Below are positions 26,942-28,814 of a stretch of 28,814 nucleotides of DNA, piece by piece. A model generated the notes under the pieces. The model saw nothing but the letters and a program-made list of their open reading frames with translations, made no database searches and had not been told where the DNA came from. Position 1 is the stretch's first letter. Every line of letters starts with the position of its first letter. The stretch lies in contig CAXAGK010000001.1 of the NCBI GenBank assembly GCA_963968305.1, positions 1-28,814 on the forward strand, given 5' to 3'. Position numbers and translations under genes: made by a program. The stretch is from an uncultured Rickettsiales bacterium (GTDB lineage Bacteria; Pseudomonadota; Alphaproteobacteria; UBA8366).

Positions 26942-28814
26942 TTATTCCGCCGCCTCGAACTCGCGCAATTCGCGGTCAAGGCGTACACCCGCATGCGCGC
27001 GCGGCCGCGCCAGAGGCGCCAATAGACTGTAGATGACCGGAATGAGAATCAACGTGAAGACCGTTGATATGCCGAGGCCGCCAAAGACAACCCACCCGAT
27101 GGCGCCCCGGGCTTCCGCACCCGCACCACTCCCCAAGATCAACGGTAACGCGCCCAAAACAGTGGAGAGCATGGTCATCATTACCGGGCGCAATCGCGTC
27201 ATCGCCGCCTCATGGACCGCCTCCAGGACGGAATGCCCCCGGTCGCGGAGTTGGTCCGCGAACTCCACGACTAGAATGCCGTTTTTGGCCATTAAACCCA
27301 CCAGCATCACGAGGCCGATTTGGCTGTAAATATTGATCGAGGTGCCGGTCACCTTCAGGGAAAAGACTGCCGCCGCTAGACCGAAGGGAACGGTCAGAAT
27401 GATGACCAGGGCGCTTAACAAGCTTTCGAACTGTGCCGCCAAGACAAGCAAGACAACGAGGACCGCGATCGCGAAGGTAATCGCGACTTCGTTGGAGGTA
27501 TCCTTCAAAGTTGCGGCTTCGTTGATGAAATGCAGGCCGATACCCGGCGGCAGGCTTTCATCGGCCAAAACCTCGATACGCTCGACCGCCTTATGCATCG
27601 CGTAGCCGGGTGGCAAGGACGCCTCCATCTCAATGGCACGTTTCTGAGCCGAGCGGTCCAACTCCGCCGCCACACCTTCTTCCGTGAGGGTGACGAACGC
27701 GGAAAGCGGTACGAGTTTCCCACCGGTCGAACGCACAAACAGGTTTTTCAAGTCGCTCGGATCGTCGATGGCGCCCGCCGCAGATTCAAGCATTACAGGG
27801 ACAGACCTGTCCTCCACGTTCAGCTCCGCGACCTCGAACCCATCGACCATCGCCCGCAATGTATCGACGATCCCTTCGAGGGGAATACCGAGGTCTTCCG
27901 CCCGCCGCCTGTCGACGGTCAGGGAAAGCTGCGGTTGGGTTTGCTGGAACTCGATCTCCAAGTCTTCCAGCTCCGGCGCCTTCGTTCGCAAGACGTCGAG
28001 GAATCCATCCGCCGCCGCTGCTATATCCTTGTAATTGGAGCCGGTCAGAGTAAATTCGACCCGACCGCCGGCACGGCGCAAATTCAAGCTGTTCGGCGTG
28101 CGTACCCGAGCCGTGGCACCTGGAATCGCCTTAAGCGGCCCGCGCAGGGATTTCGCGATTTCTTGCTGGCTACGACTACGCTCTGACCACGGCGCCAACG
28201 GTGCGATGATATAATTTCGGTTCAGATCCCACCGGCCCACTATCGAGAGAATATTCGTCACTTCACCGCTCTCACGCAGGGGCTCCAACAATGCTTCGGC
28301 ACGAGCTGATTGCCGATCCATATAATCGAGCCCAACACCGTCCGGGCCCTGCATCATTACGATGATCGCACCCCGGTCCTCGCGAGGTAGTAACTCGCGG
28401 TCAATGCTCGGAAACACAATCAAGGCGGTGGACGCAAGCACAACGGCACACCCAATGACTAGTATCCTGGCCCTTAGCGTGAAATCGAGAAGTCGGCGAT
28501 AGATTGACACGATCCAATCACCGGCACGGTCGATCACACCACCACCCCGTTTGCCACTTCCAGCTGGCAATCGCGACGCCAACATCGGGCACAGAGAGAG
28601 TGCGACAAAGGAAGAAATCGCAACGGCAATGGCCAAAACGAAGCCGAACTCAGTGAATAACTTCCCAGCCGTGCTTGGCAAAAACGCAATCGGAAGAAAT
28701 ACCGAAATTAGCGTCGCGGTCGTCGCGAGCACCGCGAAAAACACCTGCCGCGTGCCGATCACGGACGCCGCGAACGGTTTCATCCTGAGGTTCCGTTGGC
28801 GTTGGATATTCTCC
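26942..28814 (-). CDS. RND efflux permease (AcrB/AcrD/AcrF family), 3' part only; 5' end lies beyond the window
   Basis: The frame is open to the right edge (ENIQRQRNLRMKPF...). VFLPIAF, LSLCPML, PREDRG, AQFES, GLMAKNGILVVEFA and RLRPVMMT motifs. Confidence 0.95.
   Translation of the reverse strand, partial: ENIQRQRNLRMKPFAASVIGTRQVFFAVLATTATLISVFLPIAFLPSTAGKLFTEFGFVLAIAVAISSFVALSLCPMLASRLPAGSGKRGGGVIDRAGDWIVSIYRRLLDFTLRARILVIGCAVVLASTALIVFPSIDRELLPREDRGAIIVMMQGPDGVGLDYMDRQSARAEALLEPLRESGEVTNILSIVGRWDLNRNYIIAPLAPWSERSRSQQEIAKSLRGPLKAIPGATARVRTPNSLNLRRAGGRVEFTLTGSNYKDIAAAADGFLDVLRTKAPELEDLEIEFQQTQPQLSLTVDRRRAEDLGIPLEGIVDTLRAMVDGFEVAELNVEDRSVPVMLESAAGAIDDPSDLKNLFVRSTGGKLVPLSAFVTLTEEGVAAELDRSAQKRAIEMEASLPPGYAMHKAVERIEVLADESLPPGIGLHFINEAATLKDTSNEVAITFAIAVLVVLLVLAAQFESLLSALVIILTVPFGLAAAVFSLKVTGTSINIYSQIGLVMLVGLMAKNGILVVEFADQLRDRGHSVLEAVHEAAMTRLRPVMMTMLSTVLGALPLILGSGAGAEARGAIGWVVFGGLGISTVFTLILIPVIYSLLAPLARPRAHAGVRLDRELREFEAAE

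Overview
Moderately GC-rich bacterial chromosomal window, most likely alphaproteobacterial. This is an inference from the UbiL-type hydroxylase, DUF1244, the glnK-amtB pair and the N-formylglutamate amidohydrolase/ybdK pair. About 26 protein-coding genes are present, mostly small-molecule catabolic or redox enzymes and transporters. From left to right: (i) a decayed membrane-protein gene at the left edge; (ii) a + operon of an LLM flavin monooxygenase, an Ich/Meh/HTD2-type double-hotdog hydratase and a stand-alone DUF1989 protein; (iii) a six-gene - operon (amidohydrolase_2, N-acyl-D-amino-acid deacylase-like, GST, MFS, D-2-hydroxyacid dehydrogenase, DMT) with a divergent SDR; (iv) an orphan CoxL/xanthine-dehydrogenase-family molybdopterin subunit (AYRGAGR motif); (v) three different Fe(II)/2OG dioxygenases around DUF1244; (vi) a ybdK-type carboxylate-amine ligase broken by three in-frame stops (TAA, TGA, TAG) with no frameshift; (vii) MFS, MDR oxidoreductase, VOC protein, UbiL-like hydroxylase and glnK-amtB; (viii) a second LLM enzyme and a truncated RND permease. 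I saw no rRNA, tRNA, CRISPR array, transposase or phage gene. No clearly new system can be proven from sequence alone. The best leads are the unassigned catabolic operons at 0.8-11 kb, the triple-nonsense ybdK, and an intergenic minus-strand unit at 11.04-11.31 kb (perfect Shine-Dalgarno, 8-codon ORF, terminator).
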